64,000 bases of DNA from positions 2,822,662 through 2,886,661 of the forward strand of contig OZ037770.1 of assembly GCA_964035545.1 (NCBI GenBank), given 5' to 3'. Both the position numbers and the translations under genes were made by a program. This document shows, one piece after another, positions 30,114 to 63,788 of this stretch; position 1 is the first letter of the stretch; every line of letters starts with the position of its first letter. The stretch comes from Bugula neritina. Its lineage: Eukaryota; Animalia; Bryozoa. The notes under the pieces are model-generated. The model was not told where the DNA came from, ran no database searches, and was given only the letters and a program-made list of their open reading frames with translations.

Positions 30114-31503
30114 ATTTGAAAGCTAAAAATAGAATTGTGTAGCTATTTCTGTACAAGAAAAGAGGTATAGGCCGAATAGATTAAGTGTTGGTTTGTTGGT
30201 GAATAGCTATAATAGCCTACTTGATGTGAGCATGTAGTTTCCAGTCTCGCCCTGAAACAGGCAATCTTTAATTGCATGTATTGAAAGTTTTTTCAAGTAT
30301 TTCTGTCGCAACTTGTCACACTGTGTTACAGTCTGTCCAATGATTAGCCAAAATATGTTAAACACAACAGTTGTCTAATCTTAATCGCATTATTTCATTA
30401 TGGATTTTCTTTATAGAGAATAGAAGTATACTTTGACTAAATGTCTCTTTTAAATTGCAAATTATTCAATTTTCTAGTAGAAGGAACAGCATGGGCTAAG
30501 CTTGGTTATAATGACTTGAATATTTAATATATTCAAATGTTGCAGGTCTAAGCAGAAAGAATACATGTGACAGGAAATGGTGACCTATTTCTGATGCTAT
30601 AGTGACATACTTCCACCCTATAAGCAGAAAATGGCACCATGAGTGCCAGCAGGATATAATACAGGTATTCCATACTGTTTGGTTACTAATACCCAGAATT
30701 CTATGTTCTCTGATGTCATATCCTGGTCATAATATCCAAATTCATAAGCTGTCTCCTATCCTGTAGCTATCATTTCTTCTGTCCATTCTGTCATAATTAG
30801 AGCCAGTTTGAAGGTGTTGTGGAGTTGTTTTCCTTATCACTTTATCATTCAGAGGTTAGACAACTCTAACTCTTTAGTACAGCCGTCCTGATTACCATTC
30901 TTTATACTAGCCTATACAGAGTATGTAACTCTGCCAGGTGTTAACAACTGTTTGTCAGGTAGACGTAATCTTGATGGTTACATTTTATTACAAGACAATA
31001 TTTTGAACTTTTAACTCGGAAAATATGCCTTCAAGTGTGCTTCGCTAGATAATTATATTACCTTTTAGCTGATTGGTTGTGCGAGAATTGCCTCCCTCTA
31101 GCAGAGTTACTGTTATTTCCGCTTCAGTATTCGGACTACAATATTCTGTCCTAGCAAAAGAAAGCTGCTTGCAAAGGACCTATCTGACTGCAATCAGATA
31201 AAGTGTTTTCATGGAAAGATAATTCCTCAACCTTTGTTAGTACAAGTGCTGGAATAAGTAAATACGTGACATTTCCGAAACACTCGGTTATGTAATCTGA
31301 GTTACGTAATACCTCTGTAATACCTCTGTTGTGTAATCAGGAAATTCTTATCTTCCCTCTCCCTGTCTCTGTTCCATGTTGATTCATGAGGGTGGAGTAG
31401 TAGAGATAACAGCAGCAGTGTTGTGTTTAGTGGGTAGATATGGTTTATACAGCTCGTCTCTGTGTGTCTGGGTCAATTTCCTTTGTAGGACTTTAAGTAA
31501 TGT

Positions 31504-32564
31504 GGGTCATTTACTTAATTTAGTCAACACTGAAAATCTCCAGTTTTTAGCTATTTTTCACAGTTTAGCTGCTAATTTATATGGATTTTTGCCTCAAGCT
31601 AATAAAAACTTAAAAAATGTAATTTAATAATCAAGTTTTTTTTTTATTTTACTTGATTTCCTATATGTTTTCTTCTAATTATTTCGAAAATATAAATAGT
31701 TAGGAGAAACATGGGAAATCAAGCAAAATTAAGACGAACCTTGATTATTTAAATGTATTTGTTAATATTTTGCTAGTTTTGGGCAAAACTATCCCCCTGT
31801 TCACACATTGCGGCACCGTACGCCGCAACAGCAAATTTGCGCCATCTTTGATAACATCCGGGTTGAATCGTACTTCGGTATACGCTGCAGCGTTGATCAA
31901 GCAGTGCTTGATTCAAAAAATTACGGCGGGCTCCCATTGGGTAGAGTTGATCTGGTACTAAAATTTAAAGAACGTTTCCGCTAGTTTATTTTAATCGCTT
32001 ATTTTTGATTTAATTTAACTAATTCAAAAATTTTAAAAGATTAAAAAATCTTTTATCAGGCTTGTTTGAATTAAAATCAGCTTAGAAATCTAGCTTTCCC
32101 TAATCACAAAAGCACGAAAACCAAAAACTTAAAATTGATTTGGACGGCTTAATTATTCATTATTTGAATTAGTTTGCACAATTATTTTAAAAACGAATAT
32201 ATTTAAAAGAAAGATTCTTTTCATGTAATTGCTTTTATTTAGTAAATAGCATTTATATAACATCTTTTGATAAGAATGTTGCGAATAATTTGTAAATAAT
32301 ATTCAAAGGCGTTCAAATCACCGCAGACAAGAGTTGGCTTTATTATGATTGGTCACAGCTCAACGTCATGCATTGTACTTTTACGGTAATGTGTGAACAC
32401 CCGTTGACAAAATGTAACAGTGGCGCCATTTTGTTTGTTCTGTTACGGCGTACGATGCGGTAATGTGTGAACAGGGGGTAAATGTTCATTAGCAGCTAAA
32501 TTGTAACAAATAGCTAGAAACTGGAGATTTTTTCCAGTGTGTACTAAATTAATTAAAATGACCC
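31504..32564. mobile_element. MITE family A copy carrying a nested insertion
   Basis: GGGTCATTTACTTAATTTAG ... CTAAATTAATTAAAATGACCC|AT. The body is colinear with 13086-13479 except for 31793-32478. Confidence 0.82.
31793..32478. mobile_element. Nested MITE (~686 bp, Harbinger-like TIR)
   Basis: CCCCCTGTTCACACATTGCGGCACCGTACGCCGCAACAG ... CTGTTACGGCGTACGATGCGGTAATGTGTGAACAGGGGG, flanked by TAT / TAA. Confidence 0.82.
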
Positions 32565-35500
32565 ATATTCCTTGCTGCTGTTTGGAGAAATAGACCAAAT
32601 AGACCGCCCTGTTTTAGTTATGTAATTAATAGGAAAGCAACTTTGTTTACTGATGAAGAGGCATGTTTCTGTTAAAGAAGTGTAGCTTTTTAATACAGTG
32701 CAGCAGGCAAAGTTCAACCCTTGCTTGAATGAGCTCAAATTATTTATCCCCCTCTCCTTGTTTCTTAAATTAGCAAGTTTGTTTCCATGTGCTGTCTACC
32801 AGATCAAAGTGGTTATAGTGTCAGTTACTCAAGGTTTTGTAGTAGTTATATCTGAGTAGTCCAATGGTTGCAGTGTGGGTATGGTAAGTGAATCCTTCTA
32901 TAAGCAGCTTGGAGTTGGGTGCAGTAGTTGATAATCTGAACTATTGCACTCATTCACCCCCAACTCAGTGCTGCTTATAGAACACTTGATGGTAAGCACC
33001 AGGTCAAGGGGAATCTGGGTGAGATACTGTTGACCTCTCATAGTTACTCTCTGTACTCCAGTCAGAAGTCTCTTAAACCATGTTATCATCTAGCTTAGAA
33101 TTCAGCCATTTAGATGGAGCTGTGGTATAGCTGAGGTGTTCTACAGCAGAAATGTTGTATAGCAGAGCAGACAACTTTAAGACAAAGTGTCTATTTATAT
33201 TGTCTTATTCTTGATAGTGCTTTTATGATGTCAATACTGTTTCACATCATTCTACTAATTCATCTTTCTAGTGATATAAAGTAGTGCTACAAATAGCTCA
33301 TCAGTAGACAGGTTAAAGTTCATGAGTACATACGCACTCAGTATATTCAGCTACTTCACACAACTCGATTGATAATTTATGAGAAGACAACTACCATTAT
33401 TGGGACAGTGTAGATTTTATTCCAAACAAGTTGCATTATTTTAGTTGTAACAGCAACATCCACCATAGTGGCTAGTACTATAAGTGCTATCAACTATGAC
33501 AACGTTGTAGTTGTAGTAATTAGTTTGGGCTTTCATAGAAGCAATAACCTCTAGAGTGAGTGGGCAACTCCCAAATTCTAGGTTATGTCGCAAGAGTTTA
33601 CTCTTGTTGATGTGACCTGGTGTAGTAGTTTGAGCAGTATGTTAGGATCTTGGCAGCTGAGTCATCTTAGAAAGGTCATGCTGCCATAGTTACTTCTAGA
33701 GTTAGTAGCTCAGTAAAAATATACCTAACCATTTAGTAAGGAAAGCATGAGTATCATTTTATACATTCATGTACTCTATTGTAGGGAGAGTTGGGGAGTT
33801 TTTATCAATGTTTACAATTTTCGTTCTTTGCATTTGTAATGAGGTTTTCGGCATTTCAGTTACTTAAAGTATTCAGCTGGGTTTTCCATCATCTTCTTGG
33901 GGAGCATAACTCCAGCAGTTGTCAAAATTTATATAATTTCCACTCTTTCACATAATTTTTGTTGTGCAAAACATGGATATTATGACAATAATATTAGTCA
34001 AATCTCACCAATTATTTAGAAACTTCTCCGAGTTTTCACATCATTGCATCATGTTATGTAATGATGGCACTGTAGCAGTACACGACGCTTGAAGCAATCA
34101 TTGTCTAATAGTGTGCAATGTTATGACACGTCAAGAGTTATTTCCCCTTGTTGCATATATTTCTGTAATGAGGTGTAAGAACGTGAAATGCTTGTCTGAA
34201 TTTGCTAACTCAGTCAGCTGTTGAATTGTCACCTGCTTTTTCACTGAACTTTTGACATGGTCCACCTTCTTATGTTAAGTTAATCCTTTCTTAACTCGCA
34301 CTGGTGTTTTCATACTTGACTAAAGTGGTTGGTATTGTGATTCATGATAAATAAGCTGCTTCAAATTATAAGGGGAAAGCTGATATTACCTTCAGATAAA
34401 TACCTGCAAGATATGTGTCAGGTAAACAGAAACAAACTGTATTTTGTTGGCAAACCTTATGCAGTTATTTGTGGAAATTGTTTCTATTAATAGTTGCATC
34501 AGGGATTGTCAGGTAAAACGATGTTACATCAACCTCTTACAGTGAGCGTTGTAATCGTAGAATGTCAGGCGTTGCGTGATTGGCTGGTTTGATTATTGAT
34601 ACGCTTACAGGCATGTCGTTGTGTAGTCAATAAAGTATTGAGCAATAGTTAGATTGTGTTCCCTAACGCGTTCCGCGCTATTTATTGCGGGTGGGTGGTG
34701 ACTGGTCGCGCGTGTTTCTCAGCGCATAGACTGAGAATCCTAAGTTTACTCATTTAATCACAATCAACGATTTCGAAATACCAGTTGGTTTTAACACTGA
34801 AAGGCAATGTAGAGACTCTCACTCCGCAGTGCATAACGTTATGATTGCATCTGCAAGGAAGAAGCTAGCTGTTGAGTTATTCACCGACACAATCAGTGTT
34901 TTGACATCAGATTTGGTGGTAGATAGATACCCGGTATTGTTGTGGTCTTATTTAGTCTTCTACTGATGCCTTTGTTGCAAACTTCTTCATTGTTTACAAT
35001 CATATCGCCATTGTAAGGTGCAACGTAATTAGTTCATGGTTTGACCGGGCAAGTTGCACATTCAGCAAGTCTACTGGCATTTCTCACTCGGTTAGGATAT
35101 TGTAAATATTACGAAGAAACCGCGTACCTACGCCGCAGTAATTGGCCATCGTTCTGGCTGTCCGTTTTCTCAAGTGAAGGACTTTTCTCACTTCGTGAGA
35201 CTCGCTGGTTGCAAGAATCTCACCAAATGTTAGTCACTCAGTCTGATATGTTTTGTGGTGAGTACGGTTATATCTTTTGAATAACTTTAATTTTATATTC
35301 GTTTTTTAAGTACATGCTTTTCGGTTCAGTATTCCACTAATTGAGTTTTTAATTAAATTTAATGTTATTCAAGTTGAAGTAAATGGTAAAATAATGACAG
35401 CGTGATTATTTCGTCTGCAACACTCGGCAAATTCGATGTACCTTTAAAATATCGAGTTCGATAAAATGAGTCAAGTATTCATTTTGTTAGTTTGAATTTT

Positions 35501-37369
35501 CTTAAGGTGGCAATTTAATAATTTTATTTGAGTGAAAGCCGTTTCTTAAACTAGTTATCAGCTAAAAACTCATGAAACTTTGATTTTGTGCTTCGAAGAT
35601 CTTCAAATCATGTATCAACACCCAGATAATTCACGTGTCTCAACTTAATCATTAATTACTAACTTTGACTTAGTTGTATCATGTGGCCTTCTCATGTGTA
35701 ATCACCTACTGCTACGTTTATGGGTTAGTTTATATCATATTATTTACTGTCAGTTCTTAGCACACGATGGCTCACAATGCAAGCACACACACACTCACAC
35801 TCATTGCTCCATCATTATACTTAATTAAATTAAACTTCAAACTATAAAGCCCAGTCAGGTATTGGTAATCTAAACAAACCAGAGTTTATATTTTCTATTG
35901 AGAATTTAGAAATTGATAACGAAATAACTCTGCAACCCCATGAATTGATACTTCTGATTCAACGTGCATACTACTAGTTGCATAACCTTCAATAGAAATG
36001 ATTTCATTTGTTTTTCCCTCTCATATTTTTATTCTTTGTGCCCACGAGGGGAAGTTAGACTTATACACTGCAATATTGATAGGCCTATATACAAATAAAT
36101 CTTACTGTTCCAGTCTGACTGAAAGTTATTGGGGGAATTTATTTTGTTCCAGTTGTCATAATGTCAATATATGTATGTCATTTCATGAACGCCTTACATG
36201 TGTGAATATACATGTGTGAATATTGATGTTAGGTGGAGTTATATATTGCATATACCAGTATTTGCTCTTCATTGATCATTCATACCTGCATTATTGTGAA
36301 GAGAGAAATTGTTGCCCTGTTGTCAACCTAGCTAATATATTCTCTCTCTAACCACCTATCTAACCTGATATACACTCAATAGAGCTATTTTTATCTTATT
36401 TGTATTGAGATGTATATCGACCTGCAAGAACCACAAAGCGGAGAGACGTTGAACTGTAATGGTTGTGTTTCCCTGGATATAGTTAGCCTTAGGGCTGTGT
36501 GTGTAGCCCCCCCCCCCCCCCCTAGAATGTTCTGGTTTTCCCTGGACCACTAAGCTACCACTCAACCAATCAGCTTGTTTGAATAAGTTTGCTGCCAGTT
36601 GGTTTGGTCCTCCCCTCCCCCCCCCCCATGTGCTGTGGGGTTTACAGATGCATCCATCCTTCCTTTTCAGGGTTGCTAATTCCACCACTGATTAGTTCTC
36701 TATATATTATATATTAACTTTAATACTCCATTCTATTTATTAAATATTACTGCATTATTCAACTGTCTGATTGTATTATTTATAATAGACATTACTTTGT
36801 TATATTTACCCTACACGGTATATATAAATCAAACACTCTGAGTTTGTTTAATATAAATATTAATCATAGTTTTATATTTCTGTATTATATTACTTTATAT
36901 ATAGTGTATAGCTGCAGTATATTACTCTACGCAATATATTACTATAGTATGGTAATCTATATAATATATAACTACAGTATGTTTTGTTATATGATCCATT
37001 ACCACATAAGATTACTCTATATTACTACAGTCATAGTGTATTACTGTACAGTGGTTTATTTGCTACAGTGAAAAGCCTGTATTTTGCAAATTCTCCTTCT
37101 CTAAAATTACCACAAAGTGGACTGGAGGCAGCATGCTGCCTGTAGCCCGGTGCACACTGATTCACTGCCCTTTAACAGTTGCACAACCCCGGCCTCACCG
37201 ATGTTTAATTGCTCTGAAATGTTGCACTCACTTGTGAATATTTTGGAAAAACAATTGATTCATATATTAGAAAGTTTAATGATGATTATTTATCCTGTGA
37301 GTTCTAATTCTTTCAAGACAGTTTTGGCCACAATCTGACCATACTAGTTATACCATGTTAACTGTTCTA

Positions 37370-37735
37370 ATATACTATATACTATACTATACTATACTAT
37401 ACTATACTACTCTATACTATAATATACTATAATATACTCACTATACTATACTATACTACTCTATACTATAATATACTATAATATACTCACTATACTATAC
37501 TATACTACTCTATACTATAATATACTACTCTATACTATAATATAATACTCTATACTATAATATACTACTCTATACTATAATATACTACTCTATACTATAA
37601 TATACTACTCTATACTATAATATACTACTCTATACTATAATATACTACTCTATACTATAATATACTACTCTATAATATAATATATTCACTATAATATACT
37701 ACTCTATAATATAATATATTCACTATAATATATAT
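37370..37735. repeat. AT-rich 5/20-bp tandem repeat (TATACTATAATATACTACTC)
   Basis: Directly visible. Confidence 0.9.
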
Positions 37736-38983
37736 AATGTATGGACTATGTGCTATATTACACTCACTGTGTGCTGTAATATACACACTATATACTATAT
37801 ATAATATATTCACTAAATCCTATAACATGTATATTCATTATATACTGTAATGCACTTACTATAATATTACAATATACTCACTATATATTATAATATAATC
37901 ATTATATACTATAATATACGCTCATTATTATATACTGATATAGAAAAGTGGGTTGTAAATTCATTTTTGTAAAATAATGTGTAATAAAGTTCAGCAATGC
38001 AAAGATAAATTAACTTTATTTGATATCACAAACCCATATCTATTTACCTTAGAGTACTCTATCACATATTATAGCAACTTTGTTGAGGGGTGAAGTATTT
38101 GAGAGATCAGAAAGAGCCTGGGTTCTAGATGAGAAATTTAGTGGAGAAAAGTTTTAAAAAATTAAAACCTATTAAAGAACTTAGACTAAGTTCTTTAATT
38201 CGTCTACAGTAAATGTGACTCACAGCTTCTGTAGATTGTAACTCAAAACTTTCCTAATCCTAAGTTATCTCTTAAGTCATCCAGCTGCAAATTACATGGA
38301 CCAAGTGTCGGTATAATCAGTCTCAATACTCAACTCTGAGTGAAGTGAACAGTATACTGTTGGTTGAATCAGTTTATTACACAACTGAAAGTGAATTGCA
38401 AAGTATAGTGAAAGTCAGTATTTGTGAAGTAATTTTAAGAGTTCCAATTAAAATATTTCTACTTGTGATTCTCTACTAGTTGAGTGGAGAACTAACAGGA
38501 TATTACATCATAGCTCTGTTGGTGGTGTAATACCCTGTCAGAATTGTACCTCATCACAATAATGCCATCGATTGTTTTTCTGAACTATTATTGCAATATT
38601 TGTGTTGTAAGAGCATTTGTTTGTGTTAATTGCCTCATCTGGCCCAACAGTCAGGAACTAACAGAGTTCTAGGGAAGCCATTCTTTAGTCAAGTATTCTT
38701 TAGTCGTATTTCTCTGGGGAAATTCTGTTTAATAACAGGCCATGATGACTATTTTTCTTTTTGTCTGTATTAGGTAGAAGACAACATCAGGTGACTCACT
38801 CGTTAATCCTATTCAATGCATTTCCTTGTTGAAAGTTCACGTCTGCCTCCCTTTAGTACGACTACTGGCATGACTTCACTTTCTGTCTCTTCATGATAAA
38901 TGACTACCTTTATTTTACAAGTTTATACATGTTTACTTGTTGATAGCCCTGCAAAATGTGCACAAATCTTGGACATTCATATT

Positions 38984-39487
38984 CAGTACTCCCTCCATAT
39001 TTCACTCAGTTACAGTATTCCCTCCGTATCTCACTAAGCTACAGTACTCCCTCCGTATCTCACTAAGCTACAGTACTCCCTCCATATCTCACTAAGCTAC
39101 AGTACTCCCTCCGTATCTCACTAAGCTACAGTACTCCCTCCATATCTCACTATGCTACAGTACTCCCTCCGTATCTCACTAAACTACAGTACTCCCTCCA
39201 TATCTCACTAAGTTACAGTACTCCCTCCATATCTCACTGAGCTACAGAGTACTCCCTCTATATCTCATTAAGTTACAGTACTCCCTCCGTATCTCACTAA
39301 GTTACAGTACTCCCTCCATATCTCACTGAGCTGCAGGTCCTGAAACCTGAAATTCATGACATATTAGAATACCATATTTTACTCATGGATTTGTTTAATT
39401 CAGCCATTTTGTCCCTAAACACATACATAAACCACAACCTATGGAGGTTCGTGAGAAACGGAACTGTGAGATATAGAGGGAGCTTTG
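38984..39487 (+). repeat. 29-bp TIR-derived minisatellite plus attached Tc1/mariner-type MITE (~39305-39487)
   Basis: About 11-12 units of CAGTACTCCCTCCRTATCTCACTAAGYTA, then the MITE body ending GTGAGATATAGAGGGAGCTTTG|TA. Confidence 0.85.
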
Positions 39488-39774
39488 TATTTCCAACTCA
39501 CCTTTGCAACATTGCATTATGCAGTGCTTCTGATACATACGATACTTGTGGGCCTATTTTGTTTGCATTTTGCAAGCTGCTCTGAAATCACGATCAGCTA
39601 TTGCATCATGCGGTTGTCAACAATAACAGTGGTTTAACATGTGTTGCAACATCTTCTCTCCATTATGTCTAGCATAGTTAATGGCTCTTTAGTAGGGATT
39701 TAGTACTTTGCAATAGCTGGGTTCCATAACAAGTGTACTCTCTCCATCACCTCTACCACTGCCTACTGATAAGA

Positions 39775-40595
39775 CTATATACTCTCTACTACCTCATACT
39801 ACTGTATATACTCTCTACTACCTCATACTACTATATATACTCTCTACTACCTCATACTACTGTATATACTCTCTACTACCTCATACTACTGTATATACTC
39901 TCTACTACCTCATACTACTGTATATACTCTCTACTACCTCATACTACTGTATATACTCTCTACTACCTCATACTACTGTATATACTCTCTACTACCTCAT
40001 ACTACTATATATACTCTCTACTACCTCATACTACTGTATATACTATATACTACCTCATACTACTGTATATACTCTCTACTACCTCATACTACTGTATATA
40101 CTCTCTACTACCTCATACTACTGTATATACTATATACTACCTCATACTACTGTATATACTCTCTACTACCTCATACTACTGTATATACTATATACTACCT
40201 CATACTACTGTATATACTATATACTACCTCATACTACTGTATATACTATATACTACCTCATACTACTGTATATACTATATACTACCTCATACTACTGTAT
40301 ATACTCTCTACTACCTCATACTACTGTATATACTCTCTACTACCTCATACTACTATATACTCTCTACTACCTCATACTACTGTATATACTCTCTACTACC
40401 TCATACTACTATATATACTCTCTACTACCTCATACTACTGTATATACTCTCTACTACCTCATACTACTGTATATACTCTCTACTACCTCATACTACTGTA
40501 TATACTCTCTACTACCTCATACTACTGTATATACTCTCTACTACCTCATACTACTGTATATACTCTCTACTACCTCATACTACTGTATATACTAT
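39775..40595 (+). repeat. 29-bp minisatellite (TATATACTCTCTACTACCTCATACTACTG), ~28 units
   Basis: Directly visible; it produces the spurious 320-aa ORF. Confidence 0.93.
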
Positions 40596-42503
40596 ATTAT
40601 ACTCTCTCATTCCTCTCAGTGGATCCACTCACTCCACCAGGTCTAATAGCTGCCAGCAACTTACACCAGATGTAAGCCGTGGCCTGTATGAGTAATACCA
40701 AGTATTATCTACCAACTTCCAGGCATATTTTCAGCCGGTTGGAGGGTTTTTTGCTGGTTGTGTTGGCACGTGGTAGTGTTGTGTAACTTGTCACCATCTA
40801 CATATTTCCTTGCTTTAGGACAGCCAACTTACTGCCAGTCACTGGAAAAAATGCAAAACCCCAGCATAATAGTTGTAAGAAAACATGATATTTGATTGAA
40901 CTCATTGAATAAAACATGTTCACATTTTTGTCATCCTCCACACAGATTAGAAATACAATAATTCTAAAGTTTTCAGAATGACTTATCATGAGTTTTTTGC
41001 TAATTACAGACTTTGTCTAAGGAATTGACGGCTTTTAAAATAATCAGTTATTTAGCTTTTCTAGGAATAATAAAAACTAAAATGTACAGCCTTTGATTTG
41101 CTCATCATGTAGCATTTAGTGGTTGTCTTCTCGTTGCACTGAACACCCTTCTGCTGCAGGTGATGTCACATCCCCTTCTTCACAAATACCTGTTTACTTA
41201 GGTTCTATTATTCTTTCCTGCTTTCCTCGGTGCACTTTGCCACCAATAGAAAGTAACTTAGGGACCTCGACATGGCCTGACCTCTGCATAAACAAACAGT
41301 CTTCACTCTGTGACATGTATTACAGAAGGCATTGCGTTAGGGAGGAGGAGGGGTGTTGGTGTTGGGATACAGACTGTTTGTGCTGCAGTCTATACAAACA
41401 GCAGCACATGAGGTGATCTCAAGTGTCTGGCAGTCTCAACTCTGTCTTACTTCATCATCTCTCCTCATTGCATGCAACTCTTCTTTCTTCTATAATTCAA
41501 AGTGTGTCAGCAAGTATTTGTTGGGCATCTTTTTCTGGGGAGGATAAACTGCAACTCAAATTGAATTCATAGATTTGCACTCTCTGGGCAACAATGCAAC
41601 AGTGACATATGAAGTTAATAAATTATTTTATTCCAAGTAATACCCCGAAAGTTAATGAATTTCAGTTGTTAAAACATTAAAATGTTGCAATAGAAGATAT
41701 AATATTCATTTTAACAAGCTGTAGTTTATGTTTGGTGTTTTATACCACCCACGGCTATTACAGCCTATGTTTTTCCCAAACAAATGGGCAGCCAGCGAAC
41801 AATTGGGCAGGTTTCCTCAGTCTCGTAGGCATGATGGTCTGATTGTGTGTCATACTAACCTTCACCTTTCTCAAGGACACTCTTACTTTCACCAGTGTTT
41901 CTGAGTTAATTAATTCATGCTTTACAAAACCATGTTGACTGTGCAGACGTCTACCCACAATGCATTGCCATCTGCCCACTGCCAATACCTGCTCAGCACA
42001 TGTTTAATGCAGACGTCTACCCACAATGCATTGCCATCTGCCCACTGCCAAGTGATATTGTAATGCCCTGCATTCCACCCCTCGGACTCGTAGATTAGGT
42101 GTTTTCTCAGCTGATTGATAACTTCCATGTTTGTACACGCCTTCCAGCCGCCCTGCAACCTGCAAACTCCATTCCAGTGAACCAAGTAGTAGACTGGTTT
42201 ATCTGGCATACAGTAGACTAGTGTGCACATACAGCACTTGTCATGAAGGTTCAAATCTTCCAGTTTAAGTTGGAGTGTGCTGCTTGCTTGTGCGGAGTTT
42301 CTGTGTGGAGCCCCTAGATTATGTCATACTTAATACTTATTATGGTGGCACATGTTATCTCTCAAACAGTTGGGGAGGCAGTTTGTAGGTATTGTGGTAC
42401 GCCTATACAAAAGATAATGTGGCCATTTCTGGATATAAAAAATTGTATTCTGTAAACGTTTTGTTTTGGTATTGTAGCCCTCGCCCTTTCGAGGAAAAGA
42501 AAA

Positions 42504-61431
<18,928 letters not shown>

Positions 61432-63625
61432 GACAGAGTTTTGGAGGGACAACTCCTACAGTCCCTCTGCTGTTTAATTACCTGTATAGTTGTTGTTATT
61501 TATGTCTAGTCACTCATCTGCACTGGTTTAGTTGATTCAGTGATTGTTGTCCTCAAACTAGCAGCTGTTAGGAATTACTAAGGATGCAAACATCAGGGAC
61601 ATTTGTTATCTGTTAACCTGTATTGCATGTTTCATCAGCCACCTTTCCAATTAGTAGGTAGTTAGGCTAAATTAAAGTTATCTCACCTTGTTTATTCTGT
61701 GTATCTTGTGTGTTTAGTATTTCTTCTTGTACAGTCTAGATCATTAGAGATGACCTTCACCCTTGTAATGTCATCAACTTGTTGTAACTATAGAGTCCCG
61801 CTACTATTTAATGCTATTATTATTCCTCTCACACATTAGTAGTTATGTCTCCTTGAAACTTTTTACTATCAAGGTTCCTTTATATATTATAACTGTTCAT
61901 TTACTCCTTGTTCATAATTTATCACAATTATTTTTATGACTCATTGATTTGTTGAGATAAAATCATGTTTGGAATACTAAAAATTATTTTCATAACAAAT
62001 CAAATAATTCCACAGATAATATTTTGGCTGGTAGCACACATGCAAAGACTACCACAATGAAGGTGTGTTTATACCCTCACAGTTTGCAGTCTAATGTTTA
62101 CTTTGACTGAGTGGACAGTTTCATTGAGTCATTTAATGTTATAAAAGCAACTCCTCAATGTTATTCTCATGTCTTACTGTTGAAAAGTGATCCACATAAT
62201 GAAACCAGTCTCAGTGAGTTTTAGTAAAGTTATAGAAATGCCAGCTCATAATGATAATTTTTCCCAGAAGATGAAAACTTCGTTCATATTATAAACTAGA
62301 TGAATAAAGCATATAATGCTGGTAACGCATAGAGTAGTAACAAAATACACACACACTATGTTGTATATAAACGTACATTATAATATATTACATGTGCATA
62401 CACTACACAATGCATTCAATATACAACATGTAAATGCTTACCTCAGCTATTAGTCTGCACGCAAATGAACAACAAATACAAAATGATATTACAAGCACAA
62501 GTCTTTTTAGTAACAATCGGATGAAGAATGTTTAAAATTTATTGTTGTAATTTTTAAAATATTTCAACTTTGAATAACTGTAAGGGACATAATATGATTA
62601 CTTCAATCTAGACAATTATGCTGCAAATCCATATATATTTTCCTTTCCATATGATCAACTTACTACAACTTGTGCAGAAATTCTAATATATGCAAGTATT
62701 ACATGCTTGAATAATTTTTGTGTGACTTAATTATATAATATGGCTAAAGCTGGCAATTATTTAATTATGGTGAATAGATTTAAATTGTTATAACAAGTGG
62801 GTATTTGTTTTCCCTCACCAAGCCTATGAAAGTATATCAGGGTTAGCAAAGAATGGGGTGGAAATCTTATCAATAGCTTGAAGTTGTCTGTCCTTTTCTC
62901 AAATGTTAGAATAAACTAAAGCTTGAGTGATGAAATGTCATTTGGACTGAGTTATTACATAAGTATGAAGTTGCTGCTGAACAGTATAATACAAGTTGTA
63001 ACAGTTTTGTAGTCACTTTACAGCTCATGTTTACATTTTCCCTACAGCTTTCCTATAGTGAGTGACTCAAGGCAATTTGTGTGTACAAGCTGGAACCTGT
63101 TTGGGGTCAATAGGGCATTTTGGGCAGTGTGGTATATTTAAGAGTGCCGACTTTTAGAAATCTTAGGGAATTATATGGACATCATTATGCCGCGATTGGT
63201 ACCGCGAGTTCATATAAGTTATAGAGGGAAAATTTTGCCACTTTTGTTATTTTATTATCATTTTATTTTTAGTTTTGTTTAATGGTAAAGCTTTTAAACA
63301 ATTTTTTTATGCATATACAATTTAAAAGAAAATTAAAAGTCACTCATGCACGTAAATACAAAGCTATAAAGTCTAAGTTTCGCTGTGATTAAAACATGAA
63401 AACTAATTGAATAATGCTTGCAATAACCGTGTTACACAAAATACATTACAGTTGCTATAAATGTAAGACAAGTAAATTAGATGCAAATAGGCACGGTAAT
63501 ACTACTCAATTTATGCTATTTTTAAAAATTTTAGTCGATAATTGGCATATATACATATATATATTATATATAATGTATGTTGATTGTCAATCTAGTTGGA
63601 GTTCCAGCAAACTAAAGTGCTCGAT

Positions 63626-63788
<163 letters not shown>

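Noticed and set aside
39733-40695. 320-aa ORF
   Set aside because: Translation of a 29-bp minisatellite.
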